Source: Macrostomum lignano
Lineage: Eukaryota
Reading direction: 5' to 3'
Length of the DNA: 64,000 nt
NCBI GenBank assembly: GCA_002269645.1
Contig: NIVC01002087.1
Location: forward strand, 1-64,000
Part shown: positions 11,631-24,160 of the stretch, piece after piece
Layout: each line of letters opens with the position of its first letter
How positions within the stretch are numbered: position 1 is the stretch's first letter
Translations under genes and position numbers: made by a program
Notes under the pieces: generated by a model
The model's database searches: none
Seen by the model: only the letters and a program-made list of their open reading frames with translations
What the model was told of the DNA's origin: nothing

Positions 11631-13029
11631 GCTGGGCAAAAAGGCGGCACTGTATACTGATGTAAATTTTGCTTAAATTAGATAAAATGTGCTGGCTCAC
11701 CTGTATAACCATTGTTGCTCATTTTTCATGTTTTTCTTTCTATGGGTAACGTTTCTAGTAATATAGAGGAAGTGGATTCAAAAATGTAACATAAGACTTT
11801 TTAATAGTTAACTATGAAAGCAGCTAGCGAAATGCGCTCGTACTTTGTAAACTGCTGCCCCCAAAAATGCGTACACTGGTAGGAATGTACAAGTTGCGTA
11901 CATTTTGCCTCGAGAATTGTTTGTAGGTCAGTTGTTTGGAATTATTGCAATAGTTTCTACAGCTAATACACATGGAATATATGGAAAGGGAACTCGCTAG
12001 AGTCTAGACGTACACTCTTAATGAGTAATGACCTTAGATGTCATTACAACGGCTAATATACTCGTATAAAAAGCCCTGGCTTGTTTAAAAAACCTTTACA
12101 TCAAGCCGAGTGTTTTGAAAAAGTAACAAAATCTTGTTTTAAGTGTCTGACTTGTTATTGAAAAGATCAGCTTGCGAATTCTTCACTGCTGTTGAAAGCC
12201 TTGTTTGCTCAGAAAGTAGAAATAATGAAACTTTGACCTCAGTCTGCTCGAAGAAGACGCGAAGACGAGAAGACTCGAACGATTTGTGTCTGCTGACAGA
12301 TATGATGTCAGAGTGCTAAGTGTCTACCAGTAAAATGACTGCTACAATCGTAGCTTTGATTTTCTACAGATGGGAGCCAATAATCAATTTGACCATGAAC
12401 TGCAGTGTACTCATATCTAATTTCATTTTATTAGCTAAATTTAATGCTTCTATTTACAATACAAACTAACCAGATTAACTAGATATATTTACAAGCTGAC
12501 TTGGAAAGGAGTATAGAGCTTATTTACTGAACAATTTCAATGAATTTGAAATAATCAAGTAAAGATAAAAATCCTCTCAAACAAGAACAACTAAAGTGAA
12601 GTAAAGTCGCTTCTTCCTCGTGTAAAGTAGATCCAGAATTGTAGTCCTTTAAGCATAGCTTTCAGCTACAAGAGCCTAGAGCCTTTCTTTTGCTGCGTAC
12701 AAAAAATGTACATTTAGCCTGTGTAAAATTCTATTTATAGCTTGCTAAATTTAGTATCTGCGTTAGTTCCATGTTCATGTTCCAATGATAATCAGAGATA
12801 GCATAGATCTCCTTACCAGTAACTTAACTTAAGTTATATGCTACTGCATAGATATGCATAGTAGCTTAAGCCAAAAGCCAAAAGCCAAAATCCTGAATCT
12901 TCGGCTAAGCGTACTACTTTTTAGTACAAATACAAAGTACAAGTACAAATCACTGAATCAAGGAGTTCTATAACTAGCATCTGGAGTGCAAACGAGCTTT
13001 CGGAAAAGGTCAAACTATAAGTGAAAGTG

Positions 13030-13245
13030 ACCAACAAATTTAGAGCTGATGCGCACACACGTGCTCGATGAAATTTGGAAATTTGAAGGCTACACTGAGG
13101 CGCAGTGCTGATTGGCGCACAGGGGTGTACTGAATACACTAGCGCTTATAGGAAAAATCCGACCTTCTGGCAGAATCGTTGAATATCTCGACCGGAGGGC
13201 TGAGGACTTGATTCCTGTTTGAGAAGGTACGCAACAACTAAATTT
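13030..13245 (-). repeat. Dispersed repeat, inverted partner of 29140-29370
   Basis: The reverse complement (..cgattctgccagaaggtcggatttttcc..agtgtattcagtacacccctgtgcgccaatcagcactgcgcctcagtg..) matches 29140-29370 with few mismatches. Confidence 0.9.
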
Positions 13246-13734
13246 GATAGGTAGTTCAACGGTCCGAAACATGGCTCGGTATTTGTACTGTTAATAAATC
13301 TTATAATTAAATAATCCCAACTATGTGTCGACTAAAAATACGCGATTTATATTTGTCAAATTTTGTTCACTATTTTGCTGACACTTTATGCCGCCATATA
13401 TCTACTGGGCAGTATTATTAACTGCAAATATATTTTTTGCAAAAGAGAACCGGCTTGAATGTAAAGATAGGTACTTGCTTTTCTTCGAAAAGCCTGTGTT
13501 AATAGAAAACTTTCATGAGCAGGCTCATTCTGCAGGAAATGAATTCTAGAGGTGACTTAGCAAACAAAGAGTTTGGAAGTTTAGAAAAGTTTATTAAGCA
13601 TTCAGTCTAAAGCTAGCTATTTATCTATAACAGAGCTATTCAACTTTTAAGTGCAGGATTATGTGCATGTAATACTTATTTCTAAGTGCAATTGCATCAA
13701 AGTTTTCGTTTATTTTTATTATTTTAGTTTTCGC

Positions 13735-15800
13735 TTTGTAAGCCCCTTTGGGACCCTTCAGTGCAGCAGTGGATTTCACGGAATTTCTAGTTGTTCCTTG
13801 TTTTGTGGATATTGGTTTTGAATTTAAGCGGAGGACAGAGCGTGGACGGGATTCCGTCCGAGAGGGTCAGCAGGTCTCCCGCTGCTTCCAGGTCTCACAG
13901 GCTGAGGTCGACGTGCGGCAAGGAGGTTCCACTTTCTGAAGGCAAACTGCTTCTGATGGGGACTCCCGCGTCCAGGAAGGTCTAGGACGGATTTCATGCC
14001 AGTAAAGGGTGTGGAAGGACTAGCTCTCATGATGGCTCGACAAGCGTGGCCTTGCGTCACGTAGAGAGCTTCAAGAACCCCTTTCACTTCCAAGGGCACT
14101 GTTCCAAATGAAACTGAAAAAAGATAGCCGGTCTAACAATGGCAGTGTAAATCCACCAGGGGCGGCGCTGGTGGGGGGGGGGTGAGGCCCCAGCTGGTAG
14201 CACCAAAAGCTATGCGTATCTGGGCGAGGGTCACGAGGGGCTTTGGTTTTACGGTCACACATGATCAAAGATGACGCCCAGACAGCAGGTTTGATTCTCC
14301 ATGGTGACGGGTTTCCATAGAGGGAAAGCGATTCGATCCTCTACGCTCGTAGTTTCGGCGTCCGGTAAGCATGATAGCCACGTTTTTTTACTCAGAGAGC
14401 GTGAGACCACAGCTGTGCGGTGCAGGTTAAGCTGCAGGATGTCCACTCCCGGAATTCCACAGATGGTCTGCGCAGCTTTTTGCTGGGTCAGAGCGATTTG
14501 TGCAGGAGAGCTGCCTCTTTCGCCTCGCTGATGGGATCCAGTTCCATGGGCTCCTCCTGGATGGTTTCCATGGTCGAGGGTGGGGTCGCCACATGGGCAC
14601 CGTTTGCACTTCCGGCCCAGTTTTTCGAGGCAGACGCAGCGATGACACTGGGCTGAGGGTTGCTGCCGTTGAGAAACTCAGGCGGTATCCAGCAGCTGTT
14701 TCGCTCGCTGAGTCAGACCAGAGCGGATAGTGTTTCAGGCGGATTTCCGGCCCTTCACACCTCCACCTTTTGCTGCAGCTTTTGCCGCTTTTCTCCTGAC
14801 GGGGTCCACGTCCTCGAAAGGGTCGTGACGCACAGGACCTCTTTTCCTGAGCGTTTCCGCCCGGCAGAGCTCCCGCTCGCCCGCTTACTTTTCCCCGGAG
14901 GCGGTGGACGGGTGGTGTCGGATTCGAAACTGAAAATCTTAATCAGCCCGGCATAGATGAGGGACATGTCCAGGTAGCGGAGCATCCAGCTATCAGACAC
15001 TCCGAGGATGGCCGTGAATCCTCGGAGTGTCTCCACCCGGCTTGGAGATGGTCTTATGGGCACAACGCCATATGCCAGTCAGTAGGCGGCACAGCTCGTC
15101 AGCTTTGATTGCGCTGAGCCGGAATCCAGCCACGGTGCTACCGGTATGTCTGAAGTCGCTCGTCATCCGCAACTCAGTCGAAGGCTTTCAGCATCTCGAG
15201 GAGCTGCTGCCCAAACTGGCTGTCGGCGGGTAGGATGCGGAGATCGTGGTCCTCGACGCTCGTATTCAGGATTTGAAGCACGGTACCGCTCAGTGTCATC
15301 TTGACCAGGTGAGAGTCCAACCTACGCGAGATTTGGTCGAGCTGTTCGGTCGAAAAGGACGCTTCCTAGTCTGACGCTCGTAATGATCAGAGCCGGCTGC
15401 CTCTTGGCCATAGCCGCATAGGTGCGCTTCGGCTTATAGGTTCAGCCAGTGCCCCCCCCCCCCAACTTTGGATCCCTCCACAGCCGGGGGAGTTTCCTCA
15501 CGAGCGGAGGTCTCGCGGCGGGAGGAGCCAGCCGCAACAGAAGCCACTCGACGCTTCCGGCGGACGCACGAAGTCAACTCCTTTGTCAGATGTGGGGTCT
15601 TCCGCCGGATTTGCAGAGCTGCCGGCCTAGCATCCTCCTTAGGGGCGGCAGATGAGGCGGCTTTCGCTCTTATCTGTTCTTTCGCTCTGTGCCGGTGGTA
15701 TTCGTGGACAGATCGCAGGCCTAGTCTGTCTCATATTTCACAGGCCATGCGAAAAGCAATTGTGGGACTTTATTGGTTCCTACTGAACCCTCAAAGCAGG
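13735..15800 (-). mobile_element. Internally deleted, degenerate I-group (LOA-like) LINE: ORF1 remnant, start of the AP endonuclease, and a post-RT fragment
   Basis: Minus-strand fragments: basic N-terminus then TYAAMAKRQP..STEQLDQISRRLDSHL (LOA ORF1-like); VDILQLNLHRTAVVSRSL at 14446 (APE start motif, cf. LQINLHH); QGHACRAIMRASPSTPFTGMKSVLDLP at about 14050-13980 (cf. QRxACxxITGAMRTTPTxAxEVLLxL). The RT core is absent between the last two. Confidence 0.55.
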
Positions 15801-16298
15801 GATTGACTCTTTGTGGCTGGGCTAAGACAGGAAAGTTTGCAGGGATGCCAGATAGTTGAATAATTCTAGTGCACAATAGTGTGTATTCTAGCGCGATCGT
15901 TTTCCAAATCTTGGTATACATGTATTGACTATATACAACAGTTTTGTTAATCTTATATCTTATGTTGCATAACTTCTCGTATAATACAAGCTTTCACTTC
16001 TTGCTTCAATGTTTCCCATAGACTTCTACAACAGATGCACTTGGCTTATCAAGCATCGAGTTTGTGTATTAAAGGGGTACTGTATAAAATGTCTCCTAGC
16101 ATTTATCCGAAATTATTTGAGTAGAAACAGGCTACAGGAAGTTGAAGAGGGATAAATTTTGTGTACATAGTGAAAAGCTGAAGCTCTTGCGATAAAACAT
16201 AAGATCAGCAGAGAAAAGAGAAAATCGGCCTCCATCTTTTTTCTGCATGATTTGGCCGTTTCCCGTCCCGAGAATTGAGTAGTCCCTGCGCGAGGGCA

Positions 16299-17600
16299 AT
16301 GGCCACTAGCTACGTTTCACTGCCCCCACCAGAGACGTTCTCAATTATCAGCGACCCTCACAATGCTGGCAAACGCTGGAGCGAGTGGTCAGCACGCTTT
16401 CAAGATTTCATTGACGCTTCTGGCATCACCAATGAAAACCAACGATGCAAGCTGCTAAGCTACACAGCAGGGAAAGAAATTGCAGACATAATCCGAGCTC
16501 TGCCACCGCCAGCTGAAGGGAATCAGACCACACTCGACAACACGCTAAATGCTTTAAAGCAGCAGTTTGACGAGAGAAAGAACATCGTCTTCGCTCGATA
16601 CCAATTTAGGATCTGCATCCAGCAATAAGGAGAGAAAATCGAAGCCTGGTATTCACGAATGCGTGCTTCAGCCGAGGCTTGTGAGTTCGAAAATCTGAAG
16701 GACTCCCGATCATAGGAGACCAGCTTGTAGTGATCTGTACATCAGACAAGTTGCGACGGCGGCTACTCCAAGAGACCAACATTTCCTTGGACGAAGCCCT
16801 GTGCAAAGCGAGAGAGTTTGAAGCAGCGGAGGAGCAGGCATCGGAGATGGAGAAAACAGATTCGCAGGTGGCAAGCGTTACAAGATCCAACAAACCCCGG
16901 ATGAACGGCCGTAAAGCATCCAGCACCGCCAGCAGCAGCAGCAGGCAATCTCAACAGCAAACATGCTACCGCTGCGGAGAAAAAGGTCACTCTACATGCG
17001 ACTTGGCGAGAGGAAAAATCCGTCTCAACTGCGGAAAAACCAATCACCTAGCCAAAGCATGCCGCAAAGCACACTCGAGCAACAGCACGATTCGATCGCA
17101 AGTCAGCGCTAACCTAGTGAGCACCTCACCGGAGCCAAACCTCGACACTAGCATCGGCGAATACGTTTTTTGCCTGTGCAAAGACAGCAGCTACCCAGCA
17201 GACGTCTCGTTAACTGTCGAAATCGGAGACTGTAAGCTACCGATGATGGTGGACAGCGGAGCCAGCTGCAGTATCATGAGCATCAAAACATTCCAACAGC
17301 TGGGCGATCAGCGAATTCGAGCCACCAAGGTAAAACTTCATGCATATGGAACGCCTGAACCTCTCAAAATAATCGGTACTGCGAGCTTAGGCATCAAAAT
17401 AGGTACCGCTAGCGCAACTGTGCCCTTTCACGTTTTCGACGGCGACGGTCTAACGATACTCGGACGCCAAGCTGCCTTTGGGCTAGAAATCCTGCATATC
17501 CAGCGGCCAATTCTCAGCCAGACAGGTCCGAATTCTCAGCCAGAAAGGTCCAAGTATTTGACGGAATTGGATTTATCAAAGGCGTGCAGGTCGAAGTTCA
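16299..17600 (+). mobile_element. gag: Ty3/Gypsy (Mag-like) gag and aspartic protease, disrupted
   Basis: MATSYVSLPPPETF..W..W..RF..; two zinc-knuckle-like motifs (CYRCGEKGHSTC and the degenerate LNCGKTNHLAKAC); protease motif MVDSGASCSIM. In-frame stop at 16626-16628 and frameshifts. Confidence 0.9.
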
Positions 17601-20090
17601 GCTGTCGGACAACGCGGCCCCGGTGTGTCATCCGCCAGCCCGAGTTGCGGCGCGTCTCCGAGAATCTGTCATCAAGGAGCTGAAAGACTTAGAAAGGCAA
17701 GATATCATCGAGCCAGTAAAAGGACCCTGCGCGTGGGTGGCCCGCATGGTAGTGGTTCCAAAGGACGATGGCGGAGTCCAAATCTGCCAGGACCTGCGCA
17801 ACCTAAACGCCTATGTCATCCCTAAAAACAACAAATACCGACACCGACATTGGACGAGGTCACCGAGGAGATGTCCGGAGCCAAGCTGTTCAAGCTAGCT
17901 AGAACAGACTGTGCGAGCTCGCAGCTCGCAATATCTAGCTCGCAACTTTGCCAGCTGGATATTCGTAAAGCCTCTTACCGGATCCCAGTGCACGAGGACA
18001 GCCGACACCTTTTCACATTCAGCACACCGCTCGGACTAATGCGCCTCAAACAACTTAGCATGGGTTTTACGAATGCATCCGAAATCCTGCAAAGAGTCAT
18101 GCTCGGTGTGCTCAGCGGAATCGATGGTGTTCGCTGGGTCCACGACGATGTCATCGTATACGCTTCGGACCTGCAACAGCACTGCAGAAGACTCGAAGCC
18201 TGTCTGCAGCGTCTTGAAGAATTCGGAATTACGCTAAATAAAGAAAAGTGCAAATTCGCCGTCCCTGCTGTCGAGTTCCTGGGAATGCGCCTATCTGCAA
18301 AAGGAGTGCAGCCTGCTAATGAAAAGATCGAAGCTTTGAAGCAATTCAGACAGCCGATCAACGTATCCGAAGTTCACCCGTTCCTAGGCACAGCAAACTT
18401 TCTGGCAAAGTTCATACCTAACTTCGCTGATGTCTCCGCACCGCTGCGCAGATTAACAAAGAAAGGAGAGACATTCGAGTGGACTGCCAGCTACTCAAAA
18501 GCCTTCGAAGAGATCAAATCGATCATCGGTAAGGCAGAAACTCTTGCCTTTTTCGACCGCAAACACCAAACAAAGCTTGTAGTTGACGCATCTCCAATTG
18601 GACTTGGTGCGATTCTGACACAAAAGCAGCCGGACGGAATCTGCAGACCAGTGGCTTACGCCAGCAGAGCGCTGTCACAAGTTGAGCAGCGGTACGCCCA
18701 GATTGAGCGGGAGGCGCTGGTTATCAAATTTGGCTGCTTAAAGTTTGAAAACTACCTGGCTGGTGATTCAAGTTTTACAGTGGTGACCGACCACCGACCG
18801 CTCCTGCCACTCTTCAGACCGGGATCCCGCCCGCCGCCACGGATTGAACGCATGGATCTTCGGATTCAACACCTCCACTTCAACTTGGTGTACAGACCGG
18901 GGCCATCCAACCCAGCTGATCTACTAAGCCGCCAACCGCTTCCAGAGCTCAGGAAAAACTGAGAGAGGTCTTCGACACCGCATACGTCAAGGCTGTATCA
19001 ACAGGGGCCGTGCCAAAAGGTTTCAGTGCGGAACAAATCCGAGACGCAGCAAAGACAGACGCAGGAATTCAAGCCGCGCTGAGCGCCATCAAGACAGGAA
19101 ACTAAAACACACAATTCGGTACAACGCGCACTAAAAGCCATCAGCAGCGAACTGACCGAAAACAATGGAATGCTACTTCGAGGAGACCTCATTGTCGTCC
19201 CAGAGTCACTACGGAGACCAATTTTGCAACTGGCCCACACCGGACATCTTGGCGCCAATCGAACACTCAAGCGTCTGCAGACCAAAGTCTGGTGGCCAGG
19301 GATGCGCGGCGACTGTGATGTCTTCGAGAAATGCTGCATTTCTTGTCAAGCGTCGGACACTCTTACCAATCAGCAGACACCTTTGAGACCGACAAAGTTA
19401 CCCGAGGGTCCCTGACAGCAACTTGGAATAGACTTCTTCGGACCTGTCCAAGGCCAAATGCTTCTAGTTACCACGGACCTGTATTCTAAATACCCGGAGA
19501 TCAACATCTTGAGCTCGACAACAGCAGAGAGTGTAAAACCACATCTGAGGAGACTTTTCAGCAGGCACGGCGTTCCAGTCGAAGTCGCGACAGACAACGG
19601 TCCTCCTTTCAGTTCGGCCGATTTTCGTAGCTTTCTAGCCGACTTCGGAGTCCATCATCGCCTCATCTGCCCGCTGCATCCGGAGTCCAACGGGGCCACC
19701 GAGCGCCTCAATCGAAGCATCGGCAAAGCAGTGAAAACCGCAGTTTCTGAAGGTCGCAATTGGAGGAAAGCCATCGAAGACTGGCTGCTGGCTTTCCGCA
19801 CGACACCACACAGGGCTACCGGACGCACTCCTGCAGAGCTTCTAATGGGCAGAAAAATCAACGACGAAATCCCGACTAGCAAACCGTTTGTTCCAACAGC
19901 CGGTGAGGTCCACGACACTGTTAGAGTCTGGAATCGCAAGTATGCCGACAGCATTAAACAGCAATTTGAAGGATCACCCGGCAGCCAAGTGCTCCGCAAA
20001 CAACAGACGCAAAACAAACTGCAACTGCCTTTCGAGCATCTGCCATGGACGGTAAAGGAAGTTCGAGGAGACACCTGCACCTTAGAGTGA
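17584..20090 (+). mobile_element. pol: Ty3/Gypsy pol (RT-RNaseH-integrase), disrupted
   Basis: RT: WVARMVVVPK..ICQDLRNLN, LDIRK, FTFSTPLG, VHDDVIV. RNaseH: VDASPIGLGAIL, YAQIEREAL, TDHRPL. Integrase: HTGHLG..WWPGM..C..C, GIDFFGP, TDNGPPF, PESNGATERLNR. Domain order RT-RH-IN is Gypsy. Several frameshifts and stops. No LTR pair found. Confidence 0.95.
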
Positions 20091-20241
20091 GGGCGACAGT
20101 CCTGCATGCGCCACATAACACATCTGCGACCTATCAGCCAACCCGTCTCTGCCGGCCAGAGGGACTTCCTAGCCTTCAGGAGGCATCCACGTGAGGCTAA
20201 AGAGGGGCCGAAAATTTATAAGTCACAAACGCTGTTTGAAT

Positions 20242-22218
20242 TGATGAGGACAGACATTTTTCCAAATTTCACGCTTGCACATGGGCTCCAAACTTGCTAG
20301 CCTACTAACAGCAGGCTATGGGTGTTTTTCTCCCTCTTTTGTAATTTTTATAGAATTCCTAGTAGTAGGACTTCTGTAGCTGTATTAATCTGCCATACTT
20401 GTAGTTATAATAACATAGGCGCGGTTTTTTGCTGCTTTTGGGTCATAAATCATAGCGTCTGAGCTGGTCTGACAGCCACCTGCGCCACACTCAATGCGGA
20501 GGTTGGCGCCAGATGGTCTGAGAGGGTGCGGGCGGTGGCTTTTTTCTCATCATTTTGACAGGCCATCAGATTTATGAGGTCAGGGCCTATTGTTCGTGTT
20601 CACTCAAGCGTGTGACAGCTTTGACAGCTATGCGTTTTACCCCTAAAAGTACGTTGGGATTAGCGATTAGCGATTTCTCTTCATTATCTTCACTTTCTAC
20701 TTGATAAGAGCTTTCTAATGCATATTTTTTCATTAATTTTTGTCATTTCTACGCGAAAGGTCATAAATCATTATGTAGCGATTTTGAGTGATTTATGACC
20801 GCACCTGTCGTATTTTTATGGCCCCAAGGGAACTGATAGGATCTCTTGGTCACGTGAGTTTGGGTGGCAACAAGCTCAGCCAATCAGAAAATTCGACGTG
20901 CGTTATAACAAATCGGCTCAGCCAATCAGAATCGAGGTGTTCCATTATAACAAATTGCGGTCCAGTTGGCGGCTATTTAAACCGGAGTTTTTGGCCCGCT
21001 CGGACCCAACTTCGTGCCCTCTCTGGAACTCCCTGCTCCGCCTCCTGGGACTTTGGCCTAACTTAGACCTCCCGGAGCTCGACCGTCGTCTCTTGATCCC
21101 CAGATCGCGACTCCCCCCATCATCATCAAGGACGAATCCCCCCGGTCGTCAGCAGCGAACATCAAGATTAAGAACATCACCTGCTAGCTATCTGCGAAGA
21201 TTGTGACATCAGCATCATCCCAGGCCTACAGCTGCGAAGCACTAAGCCGATTCGGTCACTGTGGATTACCTGGTCTCCGGCTGTTGAGTTTCTGATTGGT
21301 TGGGTGAGAGGCTACCTAGACTTGCTTGATTGGGTGATCCCTTATCTGTCCCTATTTCAGTAGCTGGATTAGGCGCACACTTATGCTCATTTTGTTCAGC
21401 AGTGCTGTTTTTGAGGCAGAAATCATTCAATAAAACTGTTAGTAGTCCGAAACTCCAAATCAATCTGAAGTGTGAAGTGATTTAAGGAGAAGGTTAAATC
21501 TGACAGTTATTTTTATCGGTTTTATTTCTTTGCTCGCCGATGGCTCAGATGAGTAGCTAAGCTAGTGGGAGCCGGTTACAGTGGACCAATGGCAAGGCGG
21601 TTCTCAGTCGATCAATCTATCAAATCAGTGAGCAAAATTGCCAATAGTGCAAAATAGGCGCTAGAGATGTACTTTGTGCACTCTAGGTTAGCCAAGCGGC
21701 TCGGGTAATGAATCATGCGGTCTCCGAAGTTCGAGTTAGTCTATCATCAGCGCTACGAGAGGCTAGTTGGCGCGTTGAAGGCCAAAAGTACAATTCCTCG
21801 TATTTAGCTATGTAATAGTACATGTAGCTACCCCATAGACTCGCCACTGCAAGAATCCCCTGCACAAGTCCCCTCTGTACCTGCATGGCCAATGCGATCT
21901 AGTCCCAGCAGTGTCCCTTATCATCGGCTATGACTTCGAGATTGACAGCAAAAAGACACTAGTTGGCAGGTAAGTGCAAAGCCCCTTCTAGTCGGAAGCC
22001 CGATTTCGAAAGTTCCGGTTTGGTGAGCCAGGACGCACGGGCTGGTGGCAGCGGGTTAGTTAATCTGCAGATTAGCTGATCTCTACCTTCAAAATTCTCC
22101 CTGCTTGTCTCTCGCTGTCCCTCTCTTAGCTATAGGACCTAGACTGCTCGCCACAAGATCAAGCTACCATGGGGCTGACCATCTGACAGGAGTGGAGGGC
22201 CAGGACTCTAATTGATTT
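20242..22218 (+). mobile_element. ~2-kb LTR-like direct repeat, copy R1
   Basis: Collinear with 26852-28785 from TGATGAGGAC to ..CAGGACTCTAATTGATTT. Two CCAAT boxes (20880, 20922), TATTTAAA (20974) and AATAAA (21429). Confidence 0.85.
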
Positions 22219-23414
22219 ATTAGCAGCTCTCAGTGTTGTATTTATTAGCTATTGAGTATTTGTGTGCATTGCGGGGTTGGCCTCTTTCTATCTCTCTGTC
22301 ATTCTATATCGGCGTACATTCAACTCTCTTAGCCAACCCCCCATTGACTAATATTGAAATACACGCAACGGCATTGACTCTTAATTAGGACTTCGCTATC
22401 GGTATCGATCCAAACAAACTCACACGGCTTGTCAGAGTTCCTACAACTATAATTCCAGTCCCAATGGGACATTAAGGTCGAAGTCCGTGATGTTTAACTG
22501 AACCGAGTTACCGGCGTACTTTATGTTTTAACCTGCAGCCGCGGCTTGTTCTTTCTTTCTATTTTAGTCGCGGCTCATTAAGAGCAATCAAGTCAAGCAC
22601 ATAGACATGAGCACTGTAATGCATAACACAAATGAAAAATAACGTGCGTCGTATACGCAATAGTTAAATTTGAGCATATACAACACCATGACGCTTTGCT
22701 AGACTCGAGTCAATCGTAATAATATCTATTTGAGGGATTAAATCCCATACCCCGTGGTTGCTAAGCAATCTACTGACGTCACTGTCGAGCCGTGCTGGCT
22801 AAAGGGATTTAGGCTTGTGACTCAGGGGTGGTGAGTTTTCGGAGCTATCATAGCTCATTAGAATCTACATGAATGGCACAAAGAGCAAAAGAATATGGGT
22901 ATGCAACTAAAAATAGCTAAAAAGATCAGAGTCACACAAGAGATAGCGATATAATCGCTCGTCACGTCTGACTGATCGAAAAAGGACAGATTTCTTTCTT
23001 CGAGTAGTATTCTACGAGCTTTATTAAGAAGAGGCGATAAGGTGTGCATATTTGTATTTAGACCTGTTCATCAAAACCCTCAGGAAAATCCAAAGAACAC
23101 GAAAGACCACTTCTATCGGACAATAATGATAATAAACTTCCTACGAGAGTACAATATTTTTGACGAGAGTACAATGATTTTATTTCCAACTGCTAGTACT
23201 CGCATTACTGTAAGTTGGCATTTCTAAAACTTAGCAATTGAACTCGCGAGTAACATTCCACACGGGAAATTTCCACCCTCTAATTTTTTGTTTTGTCTGA
23301 AAGTTCGGAAATTTGCTGTTATTAATCCTCTTGAAAGATAAAATACGCTGTAAATAGTGGCATGTAAATTGTACTGCATATTTGACTGCTCTGAATAACA
23401 TTAAGGGCACAAGA

Positions 23415-23550
23415 TTGTGAGTGTGTGCCTGCGTAAAACTGCGTACGTATCCGCGCACTTGTGTGCCTGCCTGCGCAGGAGAGTCGGCGGAATGGACAGT
23501 GATGCCTCGTTGGTTGAGTGACAATGTTGCTTAAGTGCGCCAGGGCAATA
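23415..23550 (+). repeat. Short dispersed repeat, partner of about 55790-55920
   Basis: Shared ..gtatccgcgcacttgtgtgcctgc..ggagagtcggcggaatggacagtgatgcctc.. vs ..gcatccgcgcgcttgtgtgcctgc..ggggagtcggcggaatgggcagtaatgcctc.. Confidence 0.75.
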
Positions 23551-23846
23551 GATGGCGTACTAATTGTCACACATTTATGCTGTATGCACACTTTCATTGT
23601 GCAGTTTCAATTATGTACATGTACATTCACTGTGCGCTATGACAGGAATTTCGCGCCCAGATAAAGATAGCTATTGACTCAATGTTGGTTCCTTGTAAGA
23701 AGGACATATTAGCTATTGTAAAAATGAGCTATAGTAAAAATGAAAAATGAAAATCATAAATCAGTTTCAGGTTAAGCTAATTAAATGTACTTATTGTGGC
23801 GAAATCGGCCCTTTTACTGGTTATATACAAGCTAATTTTTAAATAA

Positions 23847-24110
23847 ATGGATTCGGAATCGGAAGAGGATCTGACCGGTGAGGTCAATATGTTATCCATT
23901 GATAATTAGTACTTAAAATTATATTTCTAATTAAAACTTTAAAATTTTCAACAAATGTGACTATTAACAAATGAGGCTGTCCACAATTTGCTTCGAGCAG
24001 ACGCGATCTAACTGTCTTTAAAGCATCCTACCTGCACGTCAACCTCTTTAATCTGTACTTTTTTACATGTTAGGTGTATTTTCATTTAGAAATGTCGACG
24101 TAAACTCTGC

Positions 24111-24160
<50 letters not shown>

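Noticed and set aside
20242-22218. R1 as the cognate 3' LTR of the adjacent Gypsy element
   Set aside because: There is no matching sequence upstream of gag within the window, and the purine run AAAGAGGGG (about 20200) is separated from R1 by about 34 bp instead of abutting it. It cannot be fully excluded if the 5' LTR was deleted.
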